A stretch of DNA of 64,000 nucleotides from Zootoca vivipara (taxonomy: Eukaryota): contig NC_083278.1 of the NCBI RefSeq assembly GCF_963506605.1, forward strand, positions 40,300,001-40,364,000, in the 5' to 3' direction. The notes below the pieces were generated by a model. That model saw only the letters and a program-made list of their open reading frames with translations. It did not search any database and had not been told where the DNA came from. Shown piece after piece: positions 53,121 through 64,000 of this stretch (within the stretch, counting starts at the first letter, position 1; each line of letters begins with the position of its first letter). The translations under genes were made by a program, and so were the position numbers.

Positions 53121-54784
53121 TAATTTGCATCATGAAGAATAGAAAAAGACAATCTAAAGACTTAACATGAGTGTTTGTTCCCCCCCTTTTTTTTAAAAAA
53201 AAGAGCCTTAAACTGATAATGCAAGACTGTTTGAACTAAAACTGAAGTAACTCATTAGTGAAATGAAGGATTACACTGGAGGATGGAAACTTTGCTAAAT
53301 TGTGAAGTACTGCTTTTTGTGTAAAGTTGATCTATTTGTGTTGAACTACGAAGAGTTTGTTCGCCAAGAAGAATGAAGAAATTGAATGTGCAGTTTTTAA
53401 ATATATATATATATATTGTATATAAAATAAAGAGGGGAATGCCATTGGAATTCACTTTGATGAAACATGTAATAGGGATTCTCTTCACGTGTTCTTGTAA
53501 GGAAAGGTGCTACATTTACTAACTAAGTTGTTGATTCAGTCTTAAAATATCTCAAATTCTCAGACACACAGTACAACACATTTCCCAGTATCTGCTTGTG
53601 CCTTGGCTTTCATATTGTCGGTTGCTGAATTACTCTGATAATCAGCTAGCTGTCGTAGCCAAAATGAAACCAAGATGCTTGTTGTGGGGGGAAACGGAAT
53701 GCTGTCATCTGATTGTTGAAGTGAACATAGGTGTAGCTGAAATGGATTCTATGTCTTTTAAGCTTTTGATCTGCTGGATCCACTCTGTGAAAGCAGGAAG
53801 AAAAGTGAAGCTGCTACTCGTAAGAGGATTTTTTTCTATTGTGATTGGGTTTTTTAATACCATTTTGTATAATGCTTTTGATGCACATCTAATATTCTGA
53901 GCGTGCTAAATAATTTTTTGAGCAAGTTAGGTAGTGCAGGGGCCATTTGGGTTTGAGCCCTTTGTTCTTGCATCAAATAAAACTTAATGGGGGTGGGACA
54001 GTCACTGTATTTAATGCTACTTAGATGTACAGTTGTTCATTTTTGTCAACTTAATCCAACACTGAAATTCATGAAGGACAAGTGTTTTGATTTAGCTTTT
54101 CTACAGCTTTGTAAAGATGTACGGTTAATAATTAAACAATGAGGAGTATGCAATCTTCTCAAGTGGAGAAACTAAGACTGGAAAGGAGGTCCTAAATTCT
54201 AGACATGGCAATCTACTCTAAGGTGGATTTTTACCTTGACATTCATACAGCAAACTTGTGTTCCTTGGGTTAAGCTATAAATCCTTTTTGTTCTATGCCA
54301 GTAGTCTTATCGCGGTAGTTCTTGTCCAGTTATGCAAGACAGATTGTACTGAGACATGAGGGCTGCTCCTAGACCTTCCGTGTGGCAGACTGCCCAACTC
54401 TGCTCTGCTTGAATCAATGTCCTATCAGTGGCTAGGCACTTACTTCATTTCTTGGCTCTGTTGGGCACTTAAAACAAAAAAGATGAAAAGGTATTTAGAT
54501 TTTAAGACTGCTTTATTGTACACAAGGTGAATAATCACAGTGCACTGAACTTGCTGTAGCTGCATTTGCATTGCTGTGGGTTTTTACTGCAACGTTTGTT
54601 TTACAAGGGCAGCAACCTCCTCCCCATGACATACTTTGAAGAAAGGGGTCATACTGAAAGGATTAGCTCCTCTCATAAGAATAATACAGACAAAATAATA
54701 TAATGGCAAAAGGGAATTGGATCTGTTCTTCAGTGGCTAAGGCTGTGTGTGTCCAATGATCTGGTCTCTAGGTACTGCTAGACT

Positions 54785-54882
54785 CGTTTTGACGTTTAGT
54801 CGTGTCCGACTCTTCGTGACCCCATGGACCATAGCACGCCAGGCACTCCTGTCTTGCAGTGCCTCCCGCAGTTTGGTCAAAA
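54785..54882 (-). mobile_element. BovB 3' fragment in the RARS2 3' UTR region
   Basis: Reverse complement of the BovB 3' end. 11-bp TSD ACTGCTAGACT (54774-54784 / 54883-54893). Confidence 0.82.
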
Positions 54883-55068
54883 ACTGCTAGACTACAACTC
54901 CTTTAATCTCTGATCCATTGTCTGGGGTTGGCGGGAGTCCAAAGACATCTTAAAAGTCCACACGTTTCCCACCTCTGGTCCAGGCAAATATAGAGAAGCA
55001 AGGACAGAATAACAGCTAGTCTTCAGCACTCATATAGTTTAGAATACGCAGTGCAGGAGATCTTCTCT

Positions 55069-58000
55069 TTACATTTTATTGACAGGTGTGATTCCTAGAA
55101 GCTTCATTCCATTAGCCAGAACAGAGCGAACAGCCTGGAACAAACAGAGCCTTGCCTGGAAAAATAAAAGGTGGGGAAGAGGAGGATACTAATCAATTTT
55201 TATCCTTACCTCCCTTAAACAGAATTAATTCAGTAAATCTTGAATGTTTTGTACATGTTCAACCATAGCAGAATTACAAACTACTAAAGAATAAAAACAA
55301 ATGTTAGGATGCCCACTTTGCACCAACAGCCGTTTCTTCCAGTTTAATCCTAGTAATGCAGAAAGTCTGCTATTGTCTGTTTCACAGACACACGCCTATA
55401 TTTGTATCCTTGTTCCCCATGCATAATAAGAAGGCTTAATGCTATTTCAGCTGAACATTACCTACCTCTCTGCAGTGAATGTATTTTTAGGGCAGAAAAT
55501 ACACTACGAACCGTATAATGTGAAGTACATATGCATGCACACACACACTGGCTATGGAAATGCTGCAAGGAAGACATGCTCATGCATAGTGATGAAGTCT
55601 TAATCTAAATTACAATACATGAAGTGGTCCTAATACACCTAGCTTAGCCTTCCCCAAGCGGGTGCCTTGCAGGTGTTTCGGACGATCGCATCTATGCACC
55701 TGCCAGTAGAGAAGGCTAATCTATCCAGTGATACACGGTCTATGGCACCAGGAAGAAAAATGTGAAAAGACTTGTTTCAGGACAATTACCTATTGATGAA
55801 ATACAAGGATATCCTACATCCTGCCTCGCCTACATCAGTAAATATACCAAAGGCAATGTGTTTTTTATGTTTCACAAATAAAGGTGGACAGAAGGCTCCA
55901 GTGGGTGCTGTCAAGTTAAAGACAGATGAAGGGAAGAATTTACCACATATATTGGAGCAGCTTCTTTTCAGCACAGATGCAATAAATTTACCTGGCAGGT
56001 TAAATCTGCTCAAGTTTTTGATTGATTAATTTGCCCCGAGTAACAGTGCAAACCCTATTATGTTCCCACTCATGTCTTTTGAGTACAATGGGACTTACTG
56101 CCAGCAGTCGTATGTAGTACTGCAGCCTAAACTGATTTATTTAGCATGCAACCTTATTTGGGACTAAGTCCTACTGAGTTCACTGAGGCTTCTGAATAGG
56201 TATATATAAGGTTGCGCTGTTAAGCCTGCAGCTGTATTTTTAGTTGGTTAAGCAGCCAGAACGTATTTTAAGATCAGGTAAACCCAAACATTAGTGCCAC
56301 ACGTTTTTTTGTCTTAACGCTGTTTTGATTTGGTGCACTACCTTGGTGTGCTGCCAAAATAGGGAATAAAGACAAGCAGAAAATAGTCTTTTCCAACAAG
56401 GATTGGTAGAGTTTATTAACTCGCTAACCCCTGTTTGTATCATCATCTTAGAAGAAAACAAAACAAAACCACACCAAACAGCTTTTCATTATGCCTCTGT
56501 TTAGAACAGTTCACATATCTACAGTATAGGTAGTATTTTGAGGGGCACTATAAGGGGGGAAGTGGGTACATTTATTCTCTCTTGCTACAATAAGCCTGAG
56601 AAAGTTGAAGTCTAACCAAAATGAGAAAGATTTTCCACACTAAGGAGAAGGCCTAAAGCGACACTTGGCAATTGCAGAAAAGGGCTTATTTAAGCAATGT
56701 ATCTCCTCACCCCCACAATTATTAGTATGGGGCCGGAATTCATTTTAAGCTAAACCACAAAATGTATGTACTTATAAGTTACACATCTCAGGAGTAACAC
56801 ATTCTGTTCAAATAGCATCTATTTTACTTTACCTCTGCTAGTTCTGGAACACTGCCTTTCACAGGTAGCATTTTGTGAGCCACAGCTGCTAAGTGACTGA
56901 AACAGAAACAGTGATATGAAACAAACTCTCTAAAACCCTCAGTACGCAACTCGGTGGCATTTGCTAGGGATGTGCAGTGAACCCAAGAATTGTGTTGTAT
57001 CTAGTGTTTATAAGCAACCCAATTTGTTTTGAATCAGCTGCGTGTTGTTCTGATTCAATTCCATTTTGGGGGCCCAAATCTGATCCGTTGGATATGAAAC
57101 TCTGTTTTATCCACCTCCCCATTCACTATAATGGGGAATCTATAAACTGCTATAACTTTATTTACTCCTCACGTATAAGTGAATGACATTTGCAAGCAAA
57201 TGACCCCTCAGAGTGGATTAAACCTACCAAATGGATCAGGCATCATGGAAATTAATGTATTTCCATACAGGGAACCTTTGATGTTACTTTTTTTTAAAAA
57301 AAAAGTTGAAACTTTTTCATTCTCTGCCAGAATTGGATGCAAATTTCAAACCTACTAGTTGCTCCTACTTGAGAGAGATAAAGTCTGCCAAATTTCCAAA
57401 AGAGAGATAAAGCAGTTCTCCTGTAAAGGTGGAAGTAACCATTTTGGAGTGGAAAAACAGACATCACAATTCCTTCTTTCTTTATTTTTATGCGGAGGAA
57501 GCAATTAGTTTGAAAACTGGGTACGTGAGAAAGGTGCCCCTGGGTAAGAAACTTGTCAGAGTTCAAACAAACAGACTCAGGGGCTATTCTGCCACGTGAT
57601 CTGACTTTTGCAAGCCACCCCATTTGCCTAACTCTGGCACTTGCATGCTGCTCTGGTGGCCCAAACTCAGAGAAAACACGACCCAGGTATTTACTTCAAC
57701 ATCCCTCCCTCAAATCACAGTGGTTGGAGTCCACTGTGAAAATAATCAACTCTTGTTTTAAAAGCTAGACCTGTCCATTCAAGCTCTGGGCATTTCTCCA
57801 GTCAGGTTGGTTTCTGTTTCTCTGAAAATAAAAGGGGCTGCGGGTGGGGGAAGGGTTGAGCACTCCCTGGTCTATCACAATAGGCCTTGTCAATTGTGTG
57901 ATCACACCCCCTATTTACCTTGCCACTCAGCTTTGTTACCAATGAAATTTACTTAAGAGCAGGTTGTGTAACCACAGTTCTATAACTCAAGGGTTACCAA

Positions 58001-58168
58001 CAAACAGAGAAACCACCACGGCTTGGATCCTTCTGCCAATGAAAGAGTCATTTTCTGACCTATTAAGATGAGCGTTGTGTGAGAAGCGACTCCTCCCAAA
58101 CCGGAAGAGTTTCTCCCGTTTGAACATGTTTTCCTCAATACCTTTTTATAGCCCACTGGAATATGATA

Positions 58169-58216
<48 letters not shown>

Positions 58217-61200
58217 TTATTATTTATACCCCGCCCATCTGGCTGGGTTTCCCCAGCCACTCTGGGCGGCTTCCAACAGAAAAATAAAACAAAGTAATCT
58301 ATTAAACATTAAAAGCCTCCCTGAACAGGGCTGCCTTCAGATGTCTTCTAAAAGTCTGGTAGTTGTTTTTCCCTTTGACATCTGTTGGGAGGGCGTTCCA
58401 CAGGGCAGGCGCCACCACCGAGAAGGCCCTCTGCCTAGTTCCCTGCAACTTGGCTTCTCGCAACGAGGGAACCGCCAGAAGGACCTCAATGCTGGACCTC
58501 AGTGTCCGGGCAGAACGATGGAGGTGGAGACGCTCCTTCAGGTATACTGGACCGAGGCCATTTAGGGCTTTAGAGCTATATGATACTTTATTCACCATGT
58601 TTCTCATACTGTAATACAGAGGGAGCAAGAAGAGCCTGTGGCTTCCCAGAGGTTGCTTGACTCCTAAGCTCACATAAGTTCCAGGCAGCGTGGCTAATGG
58701 CCAGAGATGTTGGGAGTCCAGAAACATCTGGAAGGCCACAGGTTCCTCAGCCCTGATTTAACGCCACCCCCAGGGCACTGCAATCCTTCACTGGAAGAAC
58801 TATTGCCTTGCCACACTTGCACAGGAATGCACTCAAGTAATGCCTGTTTACTTATACTTGTGGATCTCTGGATCCACAAGGAATAATCGGCATGTTTGGA
58901 AACATCTTTGCCCTTGTTTTTAAAGGAGGGAAACAGAAAAGAAAAAGAAAAAGCCCACAACTTTAGGGGGCACAAAACCGGGGTGGGAGCACCTCAACAG
59001 CCACCACTGACTGAACATGCTCAGCGGCCATAAAGACATTTTGTCCCGAGGCACCTCATGAGCTGATTTCAGTCCAGTGACTGAGGCCAACAGTGCAGTG
59101 TGTCAATAGAACTGAAATGTTCATGACATTTCAAGCTTATTTACTTTTATGGGAGGTGAGGGGAAGACTCTGCGGAAGCCTCTTCAATATATTGCACAAG
59201 TATTAGCAGGCTCTTCATGTACAACTTCTCCAGGAGAGCTAGAGCTATCAGCTATCAGTGACTCTTTCATGCCATTTTATGAGTAATAACTAGGACTGTG
59301 AGAGCTGCAAGCAAATGCTTCCATTTCCCAGGATATTCCTCCGCAGTCTGGTTTTTCTATTCCCTCCCCGCAACAGTATTTTATCAGACTCAGATGATGG
59401 ACTTAACAGACCATTAAAAGTAACTGGTTTTTCTAGATGAGGCAGATTCAAAGTCTATGAATATGTACAGTACAGGGTTTCCTGGAACAGTGTGCCAGAA
59501 AGAAAGGGGTGGGTCATTAAGGCTGGGAAATGAAATAACACTTGTCAGAAGGCACATTTCAAAGTTTTCAAGCCTGATTCACAGAATGCACTCTTATGAG
59601 GCTTATTATTATTATTAATAATAATAATAGAAATGCAGTATTAACATATGAAGCAATGCTCAAATGTTCAATCTAAAGAAGTTCATTCTTCAGTGAACTA
59701 CTGTACAAGTTTAGGTTCTAGGCATATTTTGCTCCAAATAAAGCCTAAACTTTGGAATGAGGGTCTGTGAATCTAATTATGTCAAACTATTTGTTATCGA
59801 GCCTGCTTTTTAAATTTTTTAAGTAGGCTGAATTCTTGTCAAAGGGTAAGACGTTTCTCTCACCTACCTTAGTTTAAGGAGATAGGCAACAATATGCTTG
59901 GGCTGGAGATCTTGAGAAGACTTGTATAGAATCTCGTCATACCTGAAGAGAAATAAATCGAATAGCTGACACATACTTCAGAATCTGATCATAGCTAGGA
60001 TACGCCCAGGTCACAACTATATTCCCATACTTATTCTCTTTAATGGAACACCTGTGATTTTCTAAGTGATGTAGGAATATTAAAGGATGAGGTAGCCTGT
60101 GCCTGGAGTCTCACAATCTAATAGACATGATGCACAGTCTGAGCAGTAGAGTAAAGTCCGTCTATCACCTTCCTACTCTGCCCAGCAAGCTATTCCCCCC
60201 CCCCCCGAGTTGGAGAGTGGTGCCTCTCTGAGGCCAATTTGCCTCTTTCTGATGTTATTTATGAATTGCCTCTCCAGTCAAAAATGCCTGAGGTTATATA
60301 AAATTAAAAAAAACATCTCCCCAACTTGGTTTGCAGTCACAGCAAATCACAAGTTAATCATGAGTCATCAAGGAAACCCTGGCTCGTTTCTCAAAAAAAT
60401 AAATTAAAAGGTTTTGTTTTCCAGCTGTTGGGTTTACACAAAACAGAAGGCCTTAATTAAACTAAAGTTTATATGCCAACAATAATTACTTACGATCATG
60501 GCAGTAAAGAAATCAACGTTAAGATGCTGGGCAGGGTTCACACATAATAAGCTTTGGTTTAATAAAACAATGGAGCCATTGAAACTAATGGGACTTCAGC
60601 TCTCAATTAAGCAAGCAACTAAGTGAACAAGCAAGCAGAAGTTTGCAACATATATCCTGAATACCTGAGAAGGTGCTGAATTAACGAAATAGCCTGTGGA
60701 TCTTGTAGGCATGCAGCGTTAATGTGAGACGCCTGACTGACTGCTCCACACATCTCTTCTAAACTGGGTGGAGAAAAAGACAACAGCGTCACAAATATTA
60801 AACATCTAAAATGTTTACGCAATTTTACTGATGGAAAAGAGCGACATTGCCTTTTCATGAATATTTTCATTGTACTCAACAGAACAGTTTTGCTAAAACC
60901 AAACTTGAAGAGATTGGGAATCCTAAATCCCAAGATTAAGAAACAGTGGCTGGGATCTAAAGAGTTTTTTTTAGTTGTGGCCAAGGCTTTGGGTTGGCCC
61001 CCTGAGGACCCTGCCCCAGGCTCTCGCTATTTTAAACTGCACCTCTTACCTGTGCAGTCTGGCGTGTGTGTACTGCAGGAAGACACCAGTATCACCTCGG
61101 CTTTGGAGAATACGATCCCAGCTGAACTGATAATCAGATAATAGGAGGCCCCTGAAGTCCTGAAATGGTAAGTTATTCAAGCACCTTGTAAGCCGTGACA

Positions 61201-63826
61201 GCATCACTTTACATTTTCTCATGAAATGATGACAGCATCAACAGACCTGAATGATAAATGCTGCGAGCCCAATCCTTTCAGCTGTCTCAAGAGGGTTGTC
61301 CAGTTCTTTGGTTGCTAAGTAGATAACAAAAGGTGAGGTGGGGAGAGTGTCAATGTCACACTGGATTTCAATGTCACACTAAACTGTGGATTGGCAAACC
61401 ATAAATGAGTCTAGCCTTCTCCTAGGCTTGCAGATTCCTTGCAAACTCCCTTATGCTCCTCCTGCTTAACTTGCAGAAGGAGTTCACAAGTTTTCACATC
61501 TGTTTTTGGTTAACCGCAGGTCACTGTGCCATCTGAACTGGCACATTGGTCAATGCCTATAGGGAATTTTAACAAGTCAGCTTAGAAACCAGGGTTTGAA
61601 GTGATCTTGTTTGAAACTAATGGTAGCTCATGTTAAGCACCATTTGTTGGGCTTGGAGGACACAACAAAAATGCTAAGGCCAGGCAGGCATTTCCATTTG
61701 CACAAGCATTACGTTAATAAGAGAGACGGATCAGCTAACTTTTTGCAGAAGCACTTTGTTCTATCACCATGGAGCGAGCTTCATCCAAAACATCGTCAAG
61801 GAAAACCACTTCTCCTTTCCGAGTCCTCATTCCTTGAACTCTTCCAAAGGGCACATGCTGGCACCTACAGGAAGACAGGGGACCAGAAATGCCTGTCGTT
61901 TTATTTTCCAAGGTACATAAACTAGAAATGTTATTCCTTCTGAACAGAAATATTGTCAGCACATCTTGGGATTCACAACTGTGCTCAGAAAGAAATTACT
62001 TTGTCGTTCTTAGTATCTGGGCACATGTTCAAACATGAGGTGGAGGAGAAGGGAGATCATTCTTTCAGGCAAGCAAATAAATTTGCACTGACTGAGCAAT
62101 CAGAAGAACTCAACACTGAATTCCTCCAATAGGGCACCTTCAAAGCCTTAGTATGCCATAAAGGCGTGTGTGTGTGTTGCCATATATTTCAAAAATCGAA
62201 AATCTGAATAGAAAAATTAAGTTGTTGAGCTTTTTACTAGCGACATGGACTGCCAAACGTCCAGATTTCCCTGGGCATTTCACCAATTTCTGCCTGGACG
62301 CTGCTTAAGGGGGTTGAATACCGGACGTATGGCAACTCTGCTATAGATATATAGATAGGCAAGTACACATTTACCTTTCTGCCCATTGGTAACCCATTAA
62401 TTTTAGTATCTGGAAGACCTGTTGAAAATGAGGGATCTGGCTTTTATCTGTCTTGAAAAAGGGAAAGAAGAAGAAGAAAGAATCATTAAATGTACATTCA
62501 AACAGACACACAAGTGGAATATCCAAGGTGGGACAAATAATGGGGATAAAGGATGAAACTTGTGTATCTGAGAACATGATATTCTAACATAACCTTTGGA
62601 AAAGCACTCTCAGGTAGGCGAAATCAAACTTGACAGAAAGATCCAGTCTTGAGATGACCACCCATCTCCAAAAATTGTCAGAAAAACTCCGCCCTCACAA
62701 CTTTAAAAGCTTGTCAACTTTTTATTTGCTCAGGCCACAGGTTGTACCAGAGATTCTGGGTTGTAGCCAATGGCGACCCTCCATTGATGGAAAGCTTTGA
62801 TCCAGCAGAAACTTCCATCCCTGCCCCGCAAGCTAATCTCACCCCAGCACTATATCTACTTTCATTTATCTTTCCTTTTGCTGCTGCCAAAGTCAGTGGG
62901 GATTGAGGGCCGAATCAGAATTATGTGTTTGACGGGCTGAGGAGCCAGCCCACCCTGCTCTACACCCACCAGTCTGCAGGACAGCCAGACTTACCACATA
63001 TATCATAGTGTCAGGATTCCTTTTTTCCACTCTGTCTATAGCAGCAGCAAGATCTCTGGAAAAGAAAGACAAATACAGTCGTGCCTCGGTAGTCGCAACA
63101 AAATCTGTTCCGGAAGTCTGTCGACTTCCAAAACGTTCGGAAACCAAAGTGCGGCTTCTGATTGGCTGCAGGAAGCTCCTGCAGCCAACTGGAAGCCGCG
63201 GAAGCCTCGCCAGATGTTCAGCTTCCAAAAATAGTTCGCAAACTGGAACACTCACTTCTGGGTTTTCGGCGTTTGGGAGTAAAAATGTTCGAGAACTAAG
63301 CTTTTCGAAAACCAAGGTACGACTATAAGACCAAACGAAACTTTTTCAAAATTAAACAAACTTTAACTTACTCATTGTTAATCCTTTTGCGATTATGATT
63401 TGCCACTGGTCAGTATTTTGTCATGTCTGTATAACAGAGGATAAGGCTGACTGCCACTCTGTACTGAGAAGCATCTCACCAGGTAGACTGGAGCCCCATT
63501 TAACTCAACATGTCTTACTTTGGAGATATATAGATAGGCAAGTACACATCAGAATGCTGGGCCATTTCTACAGCAGCACCCAGGTTATAGAACTCCTTCT
63601 TTTATTTATTTCACAGAGCTTTTAGTGTGGGTGACAGTTCTGGGATGTTGTTGTTTTTTGCCAAATTATTTTATGCCTTTGTTTTTATTGTATTAAAGTT
63701 ACTGCTAAACAACCAGGCAAAAAGAATAATAATACTTGCCTCGTTAGGTAGAGCGAGGTTCCATCACTCCGCATTACAGCAGAACGGTCCCCCTTTTCGG
63801 ACAGGTAAACTACTCCTGTTCCTTCT
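55069..63826 (-). CDS. RARS2: Mitochondrial arginyl-tRNA synthetase, 3' ten coding exons (gene continues past the window end)
   Basis: complement(join(55069..55155,56833..56896,59868..59942,60665..60763,61050..61159,61247..61314,61740..61864,62375..62451,62995..63055,63740..63826)), in phase throughout. Motifs [45 protein letters not shown] and [14 protein letters not shown]. Minus-strand AATAAA at 54512-54517. Confidence 0.96.
58169..58577 (-). mobile_element. L2 LINE 3' fragment with (AAT)n-associated tail
   Basis: The minus-strand ORF encodes [15 protein letters not shown]...[15 protein letters not shown], an L2 ORF2 C-terminus. (AAT)n at 58169-58216; possible TSD ATATGATA. Confidence 0.8.
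63076..63325. mobile_element. Tc1/mariner (Tigger-like) MITE
   Basis: CAGTCGTGCCTCGG / CCAAGGTACGACTA termini with TA TSD. Confidence 0.75.
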
Positions 63827-64000
63827 CTAGAAAAATGGGAGAAACAGAAAGGAATGAAGCAACCATATGCGATACACAGGGGATCAGTCATAATCTCACT
63901 GCGCATTCCAAACCATAGTCTACTCAAAAGTTAAGTCCTCTTTAATTCAACGAGGCTTACTCCTAGGTGCATGGGTTAGGACTGCAGCTTGTGATCACAT

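Overview
This is vertebrate (eukaryotic) genomic DNA. The Sauria SINE, BovB, L2, CR1 and Penelope repeat content points to a squamate, most likely a lacertid lizard (inference). Exons were assembled by hand from splice signals and codon phase. The window carries the conserved amniote block SMIM8 (+), C6orf163 (+), CFAP206 (+), SLC35A1 (+) and the 3' ten exons of RARS2 (-). Between CFAP206 and SLC35A1 lies an extra KRAB-type C2H2 zinc-finger gene (-), head-to-head with SLC35A1. It has 25 intact fingers, a higher-order finger repeat that varies mainly at DNA-contact positions, and a frameshifted KRAB-A exon. Introns are dense in transposons, many with readable target-site duplications (TSDs). 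Main points of interest: (1) three identical minimal hammerhead-ribozyme motifs in Penelope-like pLTR remnants, two of them sense in host introns; (2) the ZNF gene; (3) a GC-AG intron in RARS2; (4) a perfect X-box palindrome at the CFAP206 promoter; (5) several nested or chimeric TE insertions. There is one assembly gap (5080-5256). Family names and orthology rest on recalled consensus and protein sequences, not on database searches.
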